Source of the DNA: an uncultured Eubacteriales bacterium
Lineage (GTDB): Bacteria > Bacillota > Clostridia > Oscillospirales > Acutalibacteraceae
Direction: 5' to 3'
NCBI GenBank assembly: GCA_964607025.1
Contig: CAZSIL010000007.1
Location: 1,935-65,934, forward strand
DNA length: 64,000 nt
A program made the position numbers and the translations under genes. The first letter of the stretch is position 1. Each line of letters begins with the position of its first letter. Under the pieces are notes generated by a model. That model saw only the letters and a list, made by a program, of their open reading frames with translations, did no database searches and was not told the DNA's origin. This document shows positions 49,355 through 59,147 of the stretch, one piece after another.

Positions 49355-52300
49355 AAAATGATATAGCTTTCGATAAATGAAATGAGTAAATTACTTTCTC
49401 TTTGATTGGCAAACGAAATATCTTTTCGCAAGCCGCCGCGTAGATTTCAAGTTGCTTTGAGTAGGTGGCTATCAAGACGTCGGCATCATTAACACGGTCG
49501 GTTTTAAAATCGACAACAACGATACCGTCATCTTCCACAAACACACAGTCAACACTTCCCTGAACTACCACCATTTCGTTATCGAGTTTAGCATTTAATT
49601 CGGGGTTAAGTGCCTTTGCCGACAGCTCGGTTAAAAATCGCATTTCGCGAGATACTTTTGTGGAATTTTCCATGCGCGAGAACAACTCGCTTTCAAAAAA
49701 GCGTTTTACAAGCGATAAATCAATCGCTTCTTTTTCACTGTAGGTTATAAATTCCCACTCGTAAAGGCGTTCTATCTCGGCTTCGATATCAATTTTCGCC
49801 TTATCAAAATCAGCAAACTGCATAAACCTATGCGTTGCAGTACCGCGTCCCGCCGGGGTCAAACCGTTTTTACACATAAAAGCAGGACGTGAAGTGAAAC
49901 TAAAATCCTTTTCTTCGGCTTTATGCGCAATTACAGCTACCGCCGCTTTTGACTCAACATCACGAAGCTGATGAAAAGGGTATTCGTATGCGATATTTTT
50001 TTTGAGTTGTGAAGAAATTTCTATATCAAAATCATCGGTAATGTCTACTGATTCTGAATTAATTACAGTCTTCTCTCTTTTATCTATTTGATAATCCCCA
50101 ATTGAAACGTCGTATACGCCTCTTGTAAAAATGTTACCTTTTACTTCGTCTCCCAATATATAATTTTGCATTTTCTCGTCAGCCATCAAGGTAAACCAAA
50201 GCATATCGGCGTAAGAATTAATGCCTGTCACACTCTCGCGATATTCGTCCAAATTGTCAGAACTTAGTATCGGTACAGTATATCCGTGGGCGCGTGACAG
50301 CACGTCCTTTTCGGTGATGCAAATAAGCAGTTTTTCCTTGGCACGTGTTAGCGCCACATATAAAAGCCGCATTTCTTCATCAAGTTGGTCTTGCTTTGCG
50401 GCAACCGAAATTATGTTGCGAGTAATGAGAGATTTTTGTTTGCCGCCAGCAGCATCATTTACCTTAAAAGACACGCCTAAATCGGCACTAATAAGCAATT
50501 TATCGGCGGAATCCTTGCTATTGAAATGGGATGTTGTATCTGCCAAAATACATATTGGAAACTGTAGTCCTTTTGATGAGTGAATAGTCATTAGCGTTAC
50601 GCTATCCCCTGCAACTGAGTTACTGCTGATTCCCTTTTCGGCAAATTTAGTTACGTGGGTTATAAAGTTTTGTATGCGCTTTGCAAAATCATTAGCATCA
50701 TACTGAGTTGCCATGCTTTGTAATAATTGCAAATTCTTGCGACGTCTCTCTCCGCAGTTCAAAACCGACATAATATTGAGCAGGTCAGTTTCATTATAGA
50801 TATAGGTGATGGTTTCGCCAATACTCGCAGTAGAATACAGGTTTCGCAGCCGTTTTAAAATTGTCAAAAAGTAATTGCATTTCTCGTTTCCTGATACCGC
50901 CAAATTGGTAACCGCCGAAATAAGATTGGTTTTACGACTATTTATACGTATCTCTGCCATTTCATCTGCAGTAAACCTAAAAATCGGCGACATCATTATT
51001 GCGGCTAACGGAATATCAAGAGTTGGATTTTCAATAACCTGTAAAAAAGAGAAAACCGTTTGAATTTCGGCAGTTTCAATAAAATCACTTTTTTGCATTG
51101 AAACGGGTATTCCACGCTTCCTTAACACATCGGCAAAAATAGGCCCTGCGCTTTTGATTGATCTGAAAAGTACAGTAAAGTCACCGTATTTAATATCACG
51201 CATTTGCTTGGTTTTATCATCATAAACCTTTTCTTCTGCCATAGTCTTTTTAATATAATCAGCAATTACGTTGGCTTCCGTCTCCCATTTGTCAGATGCA
51301 GCAGCAATATCGGTCACCTTTATGCAAACCGAATTGTTGTCACTTACCGGATACTCGGCAGCAGGATTTAACAACTCTTCGCTATCATATTTTACTGTGC
51401 TTAATTTGCCGTTCATAACTGCGGTAAATATAAGATTGACAAAATCACAAATATCGTCACGGCTCCGGAAGTTGCTCGACAAAATCACCTTTTTGAGAGT
51501 ATTAGTGAACTTATTCTCGTCGGTGCAAAGAGTATACCCCTGTTTTTTTAGCATAAAGTTTTTCGGATTCGCTCCACGAAAACGGTAAATACTTTGCTTA
51601 ATATCACCTACAATAAAGATATTCTTTTCATCATTTGATAAGAGTTTAAAAAGCAAATCCTGCATATTGTTGGTGTCCTGAAATTCATCAACCAAAACTT
51701 CATCAAATCTTGAAACTATCTCATCCGCAAACTCGGTTTTAACTATTTTCCCGTCAACCTCTTTGCATAGTAAGGACAATGCAGCGTGAGTTGTATCGGC
51801 AAATGTCATAACGTTTTTCTCTTTGCGAAGCCCTTCATAAACGCTCATATATCTACGAGTTAATAACAATAAGGAGTTTATTAGTTTGTAGCTTTCTTCA
51901 AAATCTTTTTTAAGTGCTGTTTCGTTGTCTGAAAACAGTTTAGAAAGTTCACCTATCGCCGCTTTTGCGGAATTTCTAATTTCCTTCGCACTACACACTA
52001 AGGGGTTATTGGAAAACCCTTTCGGAGTATTTAATTTATCGGTTGTAAATGCGTTTATCAGTTCATAAACCTTATTCCAATTTTTTTCTTCACAGTAATT
52101 CGCAATAATCCGCAAATCGTCGGCACACTGTGATAAAATCGGCTCATATTTATCGAATACCGCTTCAATAGGTGCTAACTGCTTAACGGCATTATTCAAA
52201 TTATTGGCATAGGTAGTCAATAATTCTTTTGTGTATCTAAAAGCACTATCGGTAAGGAAGGTGAAGAACTCGGGGTCAAGAGAACGATTGCTAATTTCCT

Positions 52301-52871
52301 TAAGCCAACTTTCAGGAAAAGACATATTTTGGCTAAACTCATAAATTGTTTTAATATATTTAATAAGGTCGCCCTCATCAAAATCACTTGAAACACCTTC
52401 TATAAGCGCCGAAAATTCTTGGCTGTTTTCTTCAAACGCCTCGTTTATTACCGTACTCATAGCGTCTTGAGAAAGCGGTAACAGTACCGCATCATCTGCG
52501 ATACTAAAATCGGGGCTTATTCCCAGTCTATCAAAATTTTCGCGTATTAAATCAATACAAAAAGAGTCAATTGTGCATATTTTTGCGTTTCTGAGTTTAA
52601 TTTTTTGCTCGATTAAAAATGTATTCTCAGTATCGTTTGCACAAACCTCGTTCAGTCGCTGTTCTATTCTCCCGCGCATTTCTTCTGCGGCGGATTTTGT
52701 AAAGGTAACCACTAAAATACGATCAGCACTAATAGGGTTTTCACCACAAATTTTATCAATAACTCGCTCAACCAAAACCGCAGTTTTACCCGAACCGGCT
52801 GCCGCGGATACGAGTGTACCGGAAGAACAATAAATAGCATCTTTTTGTTGTTTTGTAGGACTAAAAGCCAT
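49353..52871 (-). CDS. addA: ATP-dependent helicase/nuclease subunit A
   Basis: UvrD-type helicase N-terminus (AAAGSGKTAVLVERV) and C-terminal RecB-family nuclease (QGSVDCVF...VDFKTD). 1172 aa. Confidence 0.9.
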   Translation of the reverse strand: MAFSPTKQQKDAIYCSSGTLVSAAAGSGKTAVLVERVIDKICGENPISADRILVVTFTKSAAEEMRGRIEQRLNEVCANDTENTFLIEQKIKLRNAKICTIDSFCIDLIRENFDRLGISPDFSIADDAVLLPLSQDAMSTVINEAFEENSQEFSALIEGVSSDFDEGDLIKYIKTIYEFSQNMSFPESWLKEISNRSLDPEFFTFLTDSAFRYTKELLTTYANNLNNAVKQLAPIEAVFDKYEPILSQCADDLRIIANYCEEKNWNKVYELINAFTTDKLNTPKGFSNNPLVCSAKEIRNSAKAAIGELSKLFSDNETALKKDFEESYKLINSLLLLTRRYMSVYEGLRKEKNVMTFADTTHAALSLLCKEVDGKIVKTEFADEIVSRFDEVLVDEFQDTNNMQDLLFKLLSNDEKNIFIVGDIKQSIYRFRGANPKNFMLKKQGYTLCTDENKFTNTLKKVILSSNFRSRDDICDFVNLIFTAVMNGKLSTVKYDSEELLNPAAEYPVSDNNSVCIKVTDIAAASDKWETEANVIADYIKKTMAEEKVYDDKTKQMRDIKYGDFTVLFRSIKSAGPIFADVLRKRGIPVSMQKSDFIETAEIQTVFSFLQVIENPTLDIPLAAIMMSPIFRFTADEMAEIRINSRKTNLISAVTNLAVSGNEKCNYFLTILKRLRNLYSTASIGETITYIYNETDLLNIMSVLNCGERRRKNLQLLQSMATQYDANDFAKRIQNFITHVTKFAEKGISSNSVAGDSVTLMTIHSSKGLQFPICILADTTSHFNSKDSADKLLISADLGVSFKVNDAAGGKQKSLITRNIISVAAKQDQLDEEMRLLYVALTRAKEKLLICITEKDVLSRAHGYTVPILSSDNLDEYRESVTGINSYADMLWFTLMADEKMQNYILGDEVKGNIFTRGVYDVSIGDYQIDKREKTVINSESVDITDDFDIEISSQLKKNIAYEYPFHQLRDVESKAAVAVIAHKAEEKDFSFTSRPAFMCKNGLTPAGRGTATHRFMQFADFDKAKIDIEAEIERLYEWEFITYSEKEAIDLSLVKRFFESELFSRMENSTKVSREMRFLTELSAKALNPELNAKLDNEMVVVQGSVDCVFVEDDGIVVVDFKTDRVNDADVLIATYSKQLEIYAAACEKIFRLPIKEKVIYSFHLSKAISF

Positions 52872-55800
52872 TTACAATTCCTCCTTCATTTTAGCAATCA
52901 CTTCACTGTTTTTAAGCGTCGGCGCCTTTATATGCGCACCGTCTTCAAGACAACAAATGGAATAAAAATCACAATATTTACAGCTCTCACTCGAGGTTAC
53001 ATCAACCGGCAATGCCGCCGAATCTCCCGATAAAACACCCGCGCCCATCTCTTTTAAAAGGCGTTCAATATGGTCGAAAATCAATTGGAAGGTTTCGCCG
53101 CTGACATAAGTACTTCCCTTTGTGTTGCCACTCTTATCAATCTCATGTTTAGGGATATATTCACCGCCATTATCTTTTTCCATAGCCGAATAAACGGATT
53201 CTTCTTCGAGTACTAAACCGTTCATCGTAAGCGGTGTATCATCACGTTCGCGTTTTGAGGGCATATAAAGTATACCTGCAGGTTTTAATAAGGACAGCGC
53301 ATCATTGTCCCCACGCACTATGCAATAAAGATAGATAAGCATTTGTAAATTAAGCCCTACAAGTGTATCGGATAAACGGAAGTTTTTGGTGCCCGTTTTA
53401 TAATCTACCACTCTTAAATATCCGTTCCATACGTCTACTCGGTCAATACTGCCGTTTATATTAATCTTTCCGTCATCACCAAAACCGATTGTCAGTTCAG
53501 GTATTGTTTTATCTTTGCCGATTTTTAACTCGCAATATTCGGGATTAAAATCTGTTTGCGCAAACTCGCGGGAAATATGAAAAACTACATCCTTTATTAT
53601 TAATGAAATTTTACCGATTAAAAATTTCATCCTAGCAGTTACAATATCCCTAAATCCGTCAACCGATTCAAAATACGCATTGATATAACGTTCGGTTACG
53701 TCATCACACTCGGCGCGAGAAAGTTCGCTTATTTTTTTGCCGTATTCCATAATCACTTTTTCTAGCACATAATGGACAATAGTGCCGCGTTGCAAAACGT
53801 TGAAATCGGCCGGTTCTATCTTTTTTGCTTTTATGCCGTAATTGCAGAAAAATCTAAATTTACACCGATGGTAAACATCAAATTTAGTAGCCGATACAGG
53901 TATATTTTTGCCGTACAATTTTTCAGCAATTTCTTTTGACAAAGTAAAATTAGATTTATCGGCAGCCGACAAATAATCTTCAACACTGATATGTTTATCG
54001 CTTAGCGAATTTTTAATTGTGTTATATCCACTTTTAGAAGTATTATATAATTCGCACATTTTTGACACGGCAGTAATCTCGGTTTCGGGGAGATTATCAA
54101 CCGACAATGAAATATTAGGTTCGAAAACAGTATTGATATCAGCAAATGCATCTTTAATGTTATTTACAATAATCGACGGCTCTAAGACACTGCCCGATAA
54201 AGAAGACGCTGAATATGATACATAAAGTTTATTTTTTGCACAACAAATAGACGAATAGACCAAAAAGTCTTCGTCAATAGCGGCGGTTATATCGGTGCTG
54301 ATTAGTTTCAGTCCCGCCTTAGATAACTTATCCCTCTCTCTTCCTGCAAAAATTGCGCCCGTAGAACTGTTTTTTGGGAAAACATCCATATTTGCGCCCA
54401 AAATAAAGGCAATTTTGGGCCGTGAGGGTTTAATTCGGTCGGCAGAACCGAAGGTTACTTCATCAAGCATTTGAGGTATATTGCCGATTGTGGCGAACGA
54501 AATCGCCATATCCCATGAATCTATAAACTGTTTGACTGAAATTTCTCTGTTTGGCAAACACTTAACCAAACCGTCAAGAATTTCCATAATAATGTCAAAG
54601 CAACCACGGATATCATCTCCCGTTACAGCATCAATCTCTGTGTATTCAGGAATTTTTTCTTTTAGTTTTTCGGCAAGTTTATATTCATCGATTACTTTGA
54701 TAATAGCTGTTACCATATCGGATGGAGTACCGTGAAACAATTTTCTGAATTTCTTAACTAACGATATTGTTTCTTCGCGAAGTTCATTTATAAACTTAAG
54801 TTTCTCTGCGTCACACTCTTCATTAGTCAACCCTAACGGATTCATAGTCCACTCGGTATCCCATACGCTGCCGTTAATATTCCATATATAAATATAATTT
54901 TCAAGTTCCGAAATCTCACTAGGATTTAGAGGCCCTAACCCCGTCTTGAGCATATTGAGCAACATATCGGTATCAAATTTATTTGTCAAAGCCAACAAGG
55001 AATTAATAAAAACTGTAAGCGGCAAATGTTTGATTTCTTTTCGCCTATCAGCGAAACAAAACACGTTATTGCGTTTACAGGACTGCTCAACCAATGGCTT
55101 ATATTCTTCAGCATTGCGGCAAATGATTACAAAATCCTTGTATCGATAGTTTTCTTCTCTCACAAGGCGCCTTATCGTCCTTGCGGCAAACTCCGCTTCA
55201 TCAGCAGGAGTTTCGGCACGGCATAGGATAACGTTACCGTCCGATACTGTTTTTTCAGCAGTACCTGCCACGGCAAATACGGATTCGACCTGCTTTAAAG
55301 CATCGTTTGAATAGTGGAATTCTTTTAATTCTATATGCGGTAAAAGTTTTACTCTATTCTTTTTGGCAATTTCAATAACACTCCTAATTGTTCTGCGAAC
55401 ATTGGAAAACAAATCAATTTTATTACTTTCAATATCACTTGCGGTAAAACAACAAGTAACGTTTTGTGCTTGCGATAAAATTCTATCAATAATTTTATAC
55501 TGACCTCCGGTAAAACTTCTAAAAGCATCAATATATACTGTTTTGTTCTCGAAAAATTTATATTTTAACAGATTGTCCGCAAGGCGTGTCTCGTTATCCT
55601 CAGGGTCTAAAAAATTGTTACCAAGCAGCGCTTCAAACGCGGAATACACGAGCGTTAAATCTTCTAATTTGCGTTTTAAATATGCTTCATCAATACCCGC
55701 CGATATTTCTTTCAACTTATCGGGTGTTACGGCGGCAGCTTTCATTTCGTTTACAGCGGTAAGCAATGTTTTTATAAATTTTGGCGAATCGGTATATTTA

Positions 55801-56120
55801 CCCCATAAACCAAGTTTATCACTAACGCTGACAAATGCTTGTCCCATAAGAATTGACTTATGAGAATCGTTTATCAAATCTGCAACACGACCGCCAACAT
55901 GTCGGGCAACTTCATCGTAAAGTCGCGTAAAACTGAGCACAGATACGTTTGTCGTTGACTGTCCATCAAGCGTATGAAGTAACGTTCTTTCACTCTCGAA
56001 CGTAAACTGTTCCGGTACCAACAACACAACCTGTTTGCCATTTTCAACATCTCTTTTGATATTTTCAAAGACGGTATAGGTTTTGCCTGTGGCGGCTCTG
56101 CCGTAAATAATTTGAAGCAT
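52872..56120 (-). CDS. addB: ATP-dependent helicase/deoxyribonuclease subunit B
   Basis: Walker A GRAATGKT and a C-terminal nuclease with an Fe-S Cys cluster (HRCKFRFF...CKYCDFYSICC). It lies immediately upstream of addA. Confidence 0.9.
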   Translation of the reverse strand: MLQIIYGRAATGKTYTVFENIKRDVENGKQVVLLVPEQFTFESERTLLHTLDGQSTTNVSVLSFTRLYDEVARHVGGRVADLINDSHKSILMGQAFVSVSDKLGLWGKYTDSPKFIKTLLTAVNEMKAAAVTPDKLKEISAGIDEAYLKRKLEDLTLVYSAFEALLGNNFLDPEDNETRLADNLLKYKFFENKTVYIDAFRSFTGGQYKIIDRILSQAQNVTCCFTASDIESNKIDLFSNVRRTIRSVIEIAKKNRVKLLPHIELKEFHYSNDALKQVESVFAVAGTAEKTVSDGNVILCRAETPADEAEFAARTIRRLVREENYRYKDFVIICRNAEEYKPLVEQSCKRNNVFCFADRRKEIKHLPLTVFINSLLALTNKFDTDMLLNMLKTGLGPLNPSEISELENYIYIWNINGSVWDTEWTMNPLGLTNEECDAEKLKFINELREETISLVKKFRKLFHGTPSDMVTAIIKVIDEYKLAEKLKEKIPEYTEIDAVTGDDIRGCFDIIMEILDGLVKCLPNREISVKQFIDSWDMAISFATIGNIPQMLDEVTFGSADRIKPSRPKIAFILGANMDVFPKNSSTGAIFAGRERDKLSKAGLKLISTDITAAIDEDFLVYSSICCAKNKLYVSYSASSLSGSVLEPSIIVNNIKDAFADINTVFEPNISLSVDNLPETEITAVSKMCELYNTSKSGYNTIKNSLSDKHISVEDYLSAADKSNFTLSKEIAEKLYGKNIPVSATKFDVYHRCKFRFFCNYGIKAKKIEPADFNVLQRGTIVHYVLEKVIMEYGKKISELSRAECDDVTERYINAYFESVDGFRDIVTARMKFLIGKISLIIKDVVFHISREFAQTDFNPEYCELKIGKDKTIPELTIGFGDDGKININGSIDRVDVWNGYLRVVDYKTGTKNFRLSDTLVGLNLQMLIYLYCIVRGDNDALSLLKPAGILYMPSKRERDDTPLTMNGLVLEEESVYSAMEKDNGGEYIPKHEIDKSGNTKGSTYVSGETFQLIFDHIERLLKEMGAGVLSGDSAALPVDVTSSESCKYCDFYSICCLEDGAHIKAPTLKNSEVIAKMKEEL

Positions 56121-56163
56121 ATTTTTTCACCTCAAATCAATTTTAACATATTCATTGTCCTTT

Positions 56164-56430
56164 TTAAAGTACAAAAATGAATTTTAACAGTAAAAAACAA
56201 ACTATCAAAGGAATGCCGCCAAGCGATATACCAAGCACCGTACACTCATTAACCGGAATATACTGCCCAGTCAAAAATGATGTGAGATTAAGTAAAGACA
56301 TCAACAAAATGGAAAATACTGACTGATATAGAATAAATTTTACTGTTTTTCTATACTTTTTCAAAAAGACCAATAGTAATATCAAATAAACACATAGCAA
56401 AATTATTGTTAAGATACTAAAAACACTCAT
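56164..56430 (-). CDS. bofA: BofA-family small membrane protein (pro-sigma-K processing inhibitor-like)
   Basis: 88 aa with 2-3 TM helices. The C-terminal pattern GQYIPVNECTVLGISLGGIPLI parallels B. subtilis BofA G.H.PINLVT...LGIPGI as I recall it. Confidence 0.55.
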   Translation of the reverse strand: MSVFSILTIILLCVYLILLLVFLKKYRKTVKFILYQSVFSILLMSLLNLTSFLTGQYIPVNECTVLGISLGGIPLIVCFLLLKFIFVL

Positions 56431-56476
56431 TTTTTCTCCTAAAATTTATAAATTTTCAAAAAAATAAATTTATTGC

Positions 56477-56505
56477 TTGATTTTTATAATGATTAGTGGT
56501 ATTAT
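56477..56505 (+). promoter_or_regulatory. Candidate promoter for tRNA-Pro
   Basis: TTGATT (56477-56482), 17 bp, TATTAT (56500-56505), 11 nt before the tRNA 5' end. Confidence 0.45.
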
Positions 56506-56516
56506 ATTAAAAGTTT

Positions 56517-56594
56517 CCGGGTGTAGCTCAGTTTGGTATGAGCGCTTGAATGGGGTTCAAGAGGCCGCTAGTTCGACTCTAGTCACTCGGACCA
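56517..56594 (+). tRNA. tRNA-Pro (anticodon GGG), CCA encoded
   Basis: Manual cloverleaf: acceptor CCGGGTG/CACTCGG (C1-G72, A73); D arm GCTC-AGTTTGGTAT-GAGC; anticodon arm CTTGA-AT GGG GT-TCAAG; variable AGGCC; T arm GCTAG-TTCGACT-CTAGT; ACCA. Confidence 0.9.
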
Positions 56595-56627
56595 AAGTCT
56601 ACTGTGTAAACAGTAGACTTTTTCTTT
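56561..56627 (+). repeat. Direct repeat copy 1 (tRNA-Pro 3' half plus terminator)
   Basis: 67 nt, identical base for base to 56775-56841. Flanking bases differ on both sides. Confidence 0.95.
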
Positions 56628-56630
56628 TTT
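56595..56630 (+). terminator. Terminator of tRNA-Pro
   Basis: AAGTCTACTG-tgtaaa-CAGTAGACTT is followed by TTTCTTTTTTT. Confidence 0.8.
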
Positions 56631-56631
56631 T

Positions 56632-56645
56632 GGCCTCTTGAACCC
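56632..56645. repeat. 14-nt inverted copy of the tRNA-Pro anticodon-loop/stem/variable segment
   Basis: GGCCTCTTGAACCC is the exact reverse complement of 56553-56566 (GGGTTCAAGAGGCC). Confidence 0.9.
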
Positions 56646-56774
56646 TAAGAGGGTTTTTGCGTTAACAAAAAGTGCCGGTGGCACTTTTTTAGCAAAAAGC
56701 GGTGAAGTCGGGTACCGAACGCTTAGCGTTGGGTCGACAAGCCAGTAGTATGCAAGGTTTACCGCAGCAGACGT

Positions 56775-56841
56775 GAGGCCGCTAGTTCGACTCTAGTCAC
56801 TCGGACCAAAGTCTACTGTGTAAACAGTAGACTTTTTCTTT
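56775..56841 (+). repeat. Direct repeat copy 2: orphan tRNA-Pro 3' fragment (56775-56808) plus a second terminator copy
   Basis: Identical to 56561-56627. No matching 5' acceptor, D or anticodon arms occur upstream, so it is not a functional tRNA. Confidence 0.95.
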
Positions 56842-56878
56842 ATAAAATATGCCTTGTAATCTTAAATAATTCCGCATT

Positions 56879-56910
56879 AAAAAAAGTCCTACGTTATGTA
56901 GGACTTTTTT
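56879..56910. terminator. Terminator after metK (bidirectional form)
   Basis: AGTCCTAC-gttat-GTAGGACT is flanked by an A run and a T run. Confidence 0.8.
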
Positions 56911-58092
56911 CTATAAAATAATATTTTTTAATTCTTCTATTTTGTCGGTTTTCTCCCAAGATAAATCCAAATCGGTTCTTCCCATATGTCCGTATGCAGC
57001 AGTTGCTGAGTAAATAGGACGGCGCAAATCGAGATTTTTAATAATAGCCGCCGGGCGCAAATCAAACACCTTGCCAACGGCTTCAGATATTTTTTCATCC
57101 GACACGATGCCCGTTCCGAAGGTATCAACCATAACTGATACGGGGTTGGCAACACCGATTGCATAAGCAATTTGCACTTCGCATTTTTTTGCCAACTTTG
57201 CCGCAACAATATTTTTTGCAACGTAACGCGCCGCATATGCAGCACTGCGGTCTACCTTTGTAGGATCCTTACCCGAGAAGGCGCCACCGCCGTGACGTGC
57301 CGCACCGCCGTATGTATCAACAATAATTTTTCTGCCCGTAAGACCGGTATCACCATGTGGACCGCCAATAACAAAACGGCCTGTAGGGTTAATATAGTAT
57401 TTCGTATTAGCATCAAGCAGTTTATCGGGTATTATCGGTTTTATAACAAATCTAATAATATCTTTTCTTAAAATCTCTAAATCAACATCTTCAGTATGCT
57501 GAGTTGATACCACTACTGTATCAACACGAGTGGGTACGCCGTCAACATACTCGACGGTTACCTGTGTTTTTCCATCGGGACGAAGATATTTAAGTACTCC
57601 TTCTTTTCGGATTTTTGTAAGCTGTATAGCCATTTTGTGCGCCAAAGAAATGGGCAACGGCATAAGTTCATCGGTTTCATCACACGCATAGCCGAACATC
57701 ATACCCTGGTCACCCGCACCGTGAAGATTAAATTCATCGGTCTGACCTTCTTTAATCTCGAATGATTTATCTACGCCGAGCGCTATATCAGCTGACTGCT
57801 TATGCAGTTTGATATTCACTTGACAGGTTTTTCCATTAAAGAAAACATCATCACTGTTGTATCCTATTTTGCAGATAGTATCACGAATAATTTTTTCATA
57901 GTCAACCTGCGCGTTTGTTGTAATCTCACCCATAACGGTTATACAGTTTGTACTTGCAAACGTTTCACATGCAACACGTGACGCCGGGTCAGCAGAAATC
58001 AAAGCATCTAGTATTGCATCGGAAACACAGTCGCACACCTTATCGGGATGACCCTCGGTTACCGATTCAGATGAAAAAAGTAATTTTGCCAT
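56911..58092 (-). CDS. metK: S-adenosylmethionine synthase
   Basis: [26 protein letters not shown] and [16 protein letters not shown] motifs. Confidence 0.95.
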   Translation of the reverse strand: MAKLLFSSESVTEGHPDKVCDCVSDAILDALISADPASRVACETFASTNCITVMGEITTNAQVDYEKIIRDTICKIGYNSDDVFFNGKTCQVNIKLHKQSADIALGVDKSFEIKEGQTDEFNLHGAGDQGMMFGYACDETDELMPLPISLAHKMAIQLTKIRKEGVLKYLRPDGKTQVTVEYVDGVPTRVDTVVVSTQHTEDVDLEILRKDIIRFVIKPIIPDKLLDANTKYYINPTGRFVIGGPHGDTGLTGRKIIVDTYGGAARHGGGAFSGKDPTKVDRSAAYAARYVAKNIVAAKLAKKCEVQIAYAIGVANPVSVMVDTFGTGIVSDEKISEAVGKVFDLRPAAIIKNLDLRRPIYSATAAYGHMGRTDLDLSWEKTDKIEELKNIIL

Positions 58093-58104
58093 AAATTATC
58101 CTCC

Positions 58105-58228
58105 AAAAAATAAAACCGCCACTGAAAGAGGCGGTAATGTAACACCTCATCTACCAGGATTTAGCACCTTAGAAAACTAGGTTGCCGGGCTTCGCAGGGC
58201 CTGTCCCTCCGCCACTCTTGATAAGGAA
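58105..58228 (-). promoter_or_regulatory. SAM-I (S-box) riboswitch with terminator, leader of metK
   Basis: Minus strand reads CTTATCAAGAGTGGCGGAGGGACAGGCCCTGCGAAGCCCGGCAACC...AAGGTGCTAAATCCTGGTAGA, then the hairpin ACCGCC...GGCGGT followed by TTTTATTTTTT. Confidence 0.85.
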
Positions 58229-58246
58229 AATATTAAACTTATATGT

Positions 58247-58274
58247 ATTATAGCATATTATCGAAATTTGTCAA
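58247..58274 (-). promoter_or_regulatory. Sigma-A promoter of the S-box-metK unit
   Basis: Minus strand reads TTGACA (58274-58269), 16 bp, TATAAT (58252-58247). Confidence 0.5.
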
Positions 58275-58275
58275 C

Positions 58276-58935
58276 TTAAAATATCTGGAACACACCGTGT
58301 AAATTAAGTGTCAAAAACAATACCGTTAAAACAATTATAATTACCGATACCGTCGCCAAGATTACCGAGCGTAACGAATTTGCCTTGCTCTCCCCTTTTT
58401 CAATAATGCGCAGACGTTTGAGCGCCGATGTTACGGGTTTATATAACAATAATGTAGAAGCAGCATTCATAATAGTTTTAGCGAGATTAAAAGGCAGCAG
58501 TAATGGTAAAATCATTGGTATTACAGCCGAACGTGGCATACCCATATAAAATGGCGTAATAAAAATATTAGCAGTTATCATAACAGCAACAACCGATACT
58601 ACCGCAAACACGAGAGAAAGTATAGCGCCCGAAAATGTGCGTTTGTATTTATAAATAATACCGCACACAAATGCAAAAGTGCCGCTTGCCAAAAAATTCA
58701 TAATAAGCCCATACACCCCTGTATCACTGACTGTCAGAAATTCCAAAAGCGCTACTATAGCCGCGCCTCCAACACCGTAAAACGGACCGTACATAAGTGA
58801 AGCCAAGGCAATAAATGCATCCTTAAAATCAAATGTCAAAAATGACACTTTAAAACGAAAAACGAAGGTAATTAAAAATGCCGCCGCGGTTATCATACCA
58901 GTAACCGCTATTGCGCGAATCTTATTATTTTTCAT
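58276..58935 (-). CDS. ribU: ECF-transporter S component, riboflavin type (RibU/FmnP-like)
   Basis: 219-aa membrane protein with 5-6 TM helices, directly behind an FMN riboswitch. Confidence 0.75.
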   Translation of the reverse strand: MKNNKIRAIAVTGMITAAAFLITFVFRFKVSFLTFDFKDAFIALASLMYGPFYGVGGAAIVALLEFLTVSDTGVYGLIMNFLASGTFAFVCGIIYKYKRTFSGAILSLVFAVVSVVAVMITANIFITPFYMGMPRSAVIPMILPLLLPFNLAKTIMNAASTLLLYKPVTSALKRLRIIEKGESKANSLRSVILATVSVIIIVLTVLFLTLNLHGVFQIF

Positions 58936-58949
58936 AAAATCACTCCAAT

Positions 58950-59098
58950 AAAAAAGCCCCGATATAATCGGGGCAAAAAATACAAGAAAATGATACTTCT
59001 TTCATCCGGACTTTACCGTCGGCTTTGGAATTTCACCAAATCGGGCCTTTCGGCTTTGTGGGCTTTACCACCGGTAAGGAATTGCACCTTGCCTCGAA
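58950..59098 (-). promoter_or_regulatory. FMN riboswitch (RFN element) with terminator
   Basis: Minus strand reads AGGCAAGGTGCAATTCCTTACCGGTGGTAAAGCCCACAAAGCC...CCGATTTGGTGAAATTCCAAAGCCGACGGTAAAGTCCGGATGAAAGAAG, then GCCCCGAT-tata-ATCGGGGC followed by TTTTTT. Confidence 0.85.
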
Positions 59099-59108
59099 AT
59101 ACATGTAT

Positions 59109-59137
59109 ATTGTAAAACTATTTAATTTATTTGTCAA
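59109..59137 (-). promoter_or_regulatory. Sigma-A promoter of the FMN riboswitch-ribU unit
   Basis: Minus strand reads TTGACA (59137-59132), 17 bp, TACAAT (59114-59109). Confidence 0.55.
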
Positions 59138-59147
59138 GTACTACATA

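Noticed and set aside
56700-56808. Possible second, complete tRNA or tRNA-like gene ending in the duplicated T arm/acceptor/CCA
   Set aside because: I tried to build a cloverleaf. The only candidate 5' acceptor strand (TCGGGTA at 56708-56714) pairs at 6 of 7 positions with two G-U pairs. It is followed by CC instead of U8. The D region lacks the GG loop, and no 5-bp anticodon stem with a 7-nt loop can be formed from 56739-56774. I treat it as an orphan 3' fragment.
56595-56910. Integrase, excisionase or other mobile-element gene next to the duplicated tRNA end
   Set aside because: No ORF of useful length exists on either strand between the tRNA and metK. The stop-free minus-strand frame across the insert has no start codon and no recombinase motifs I can recognise.
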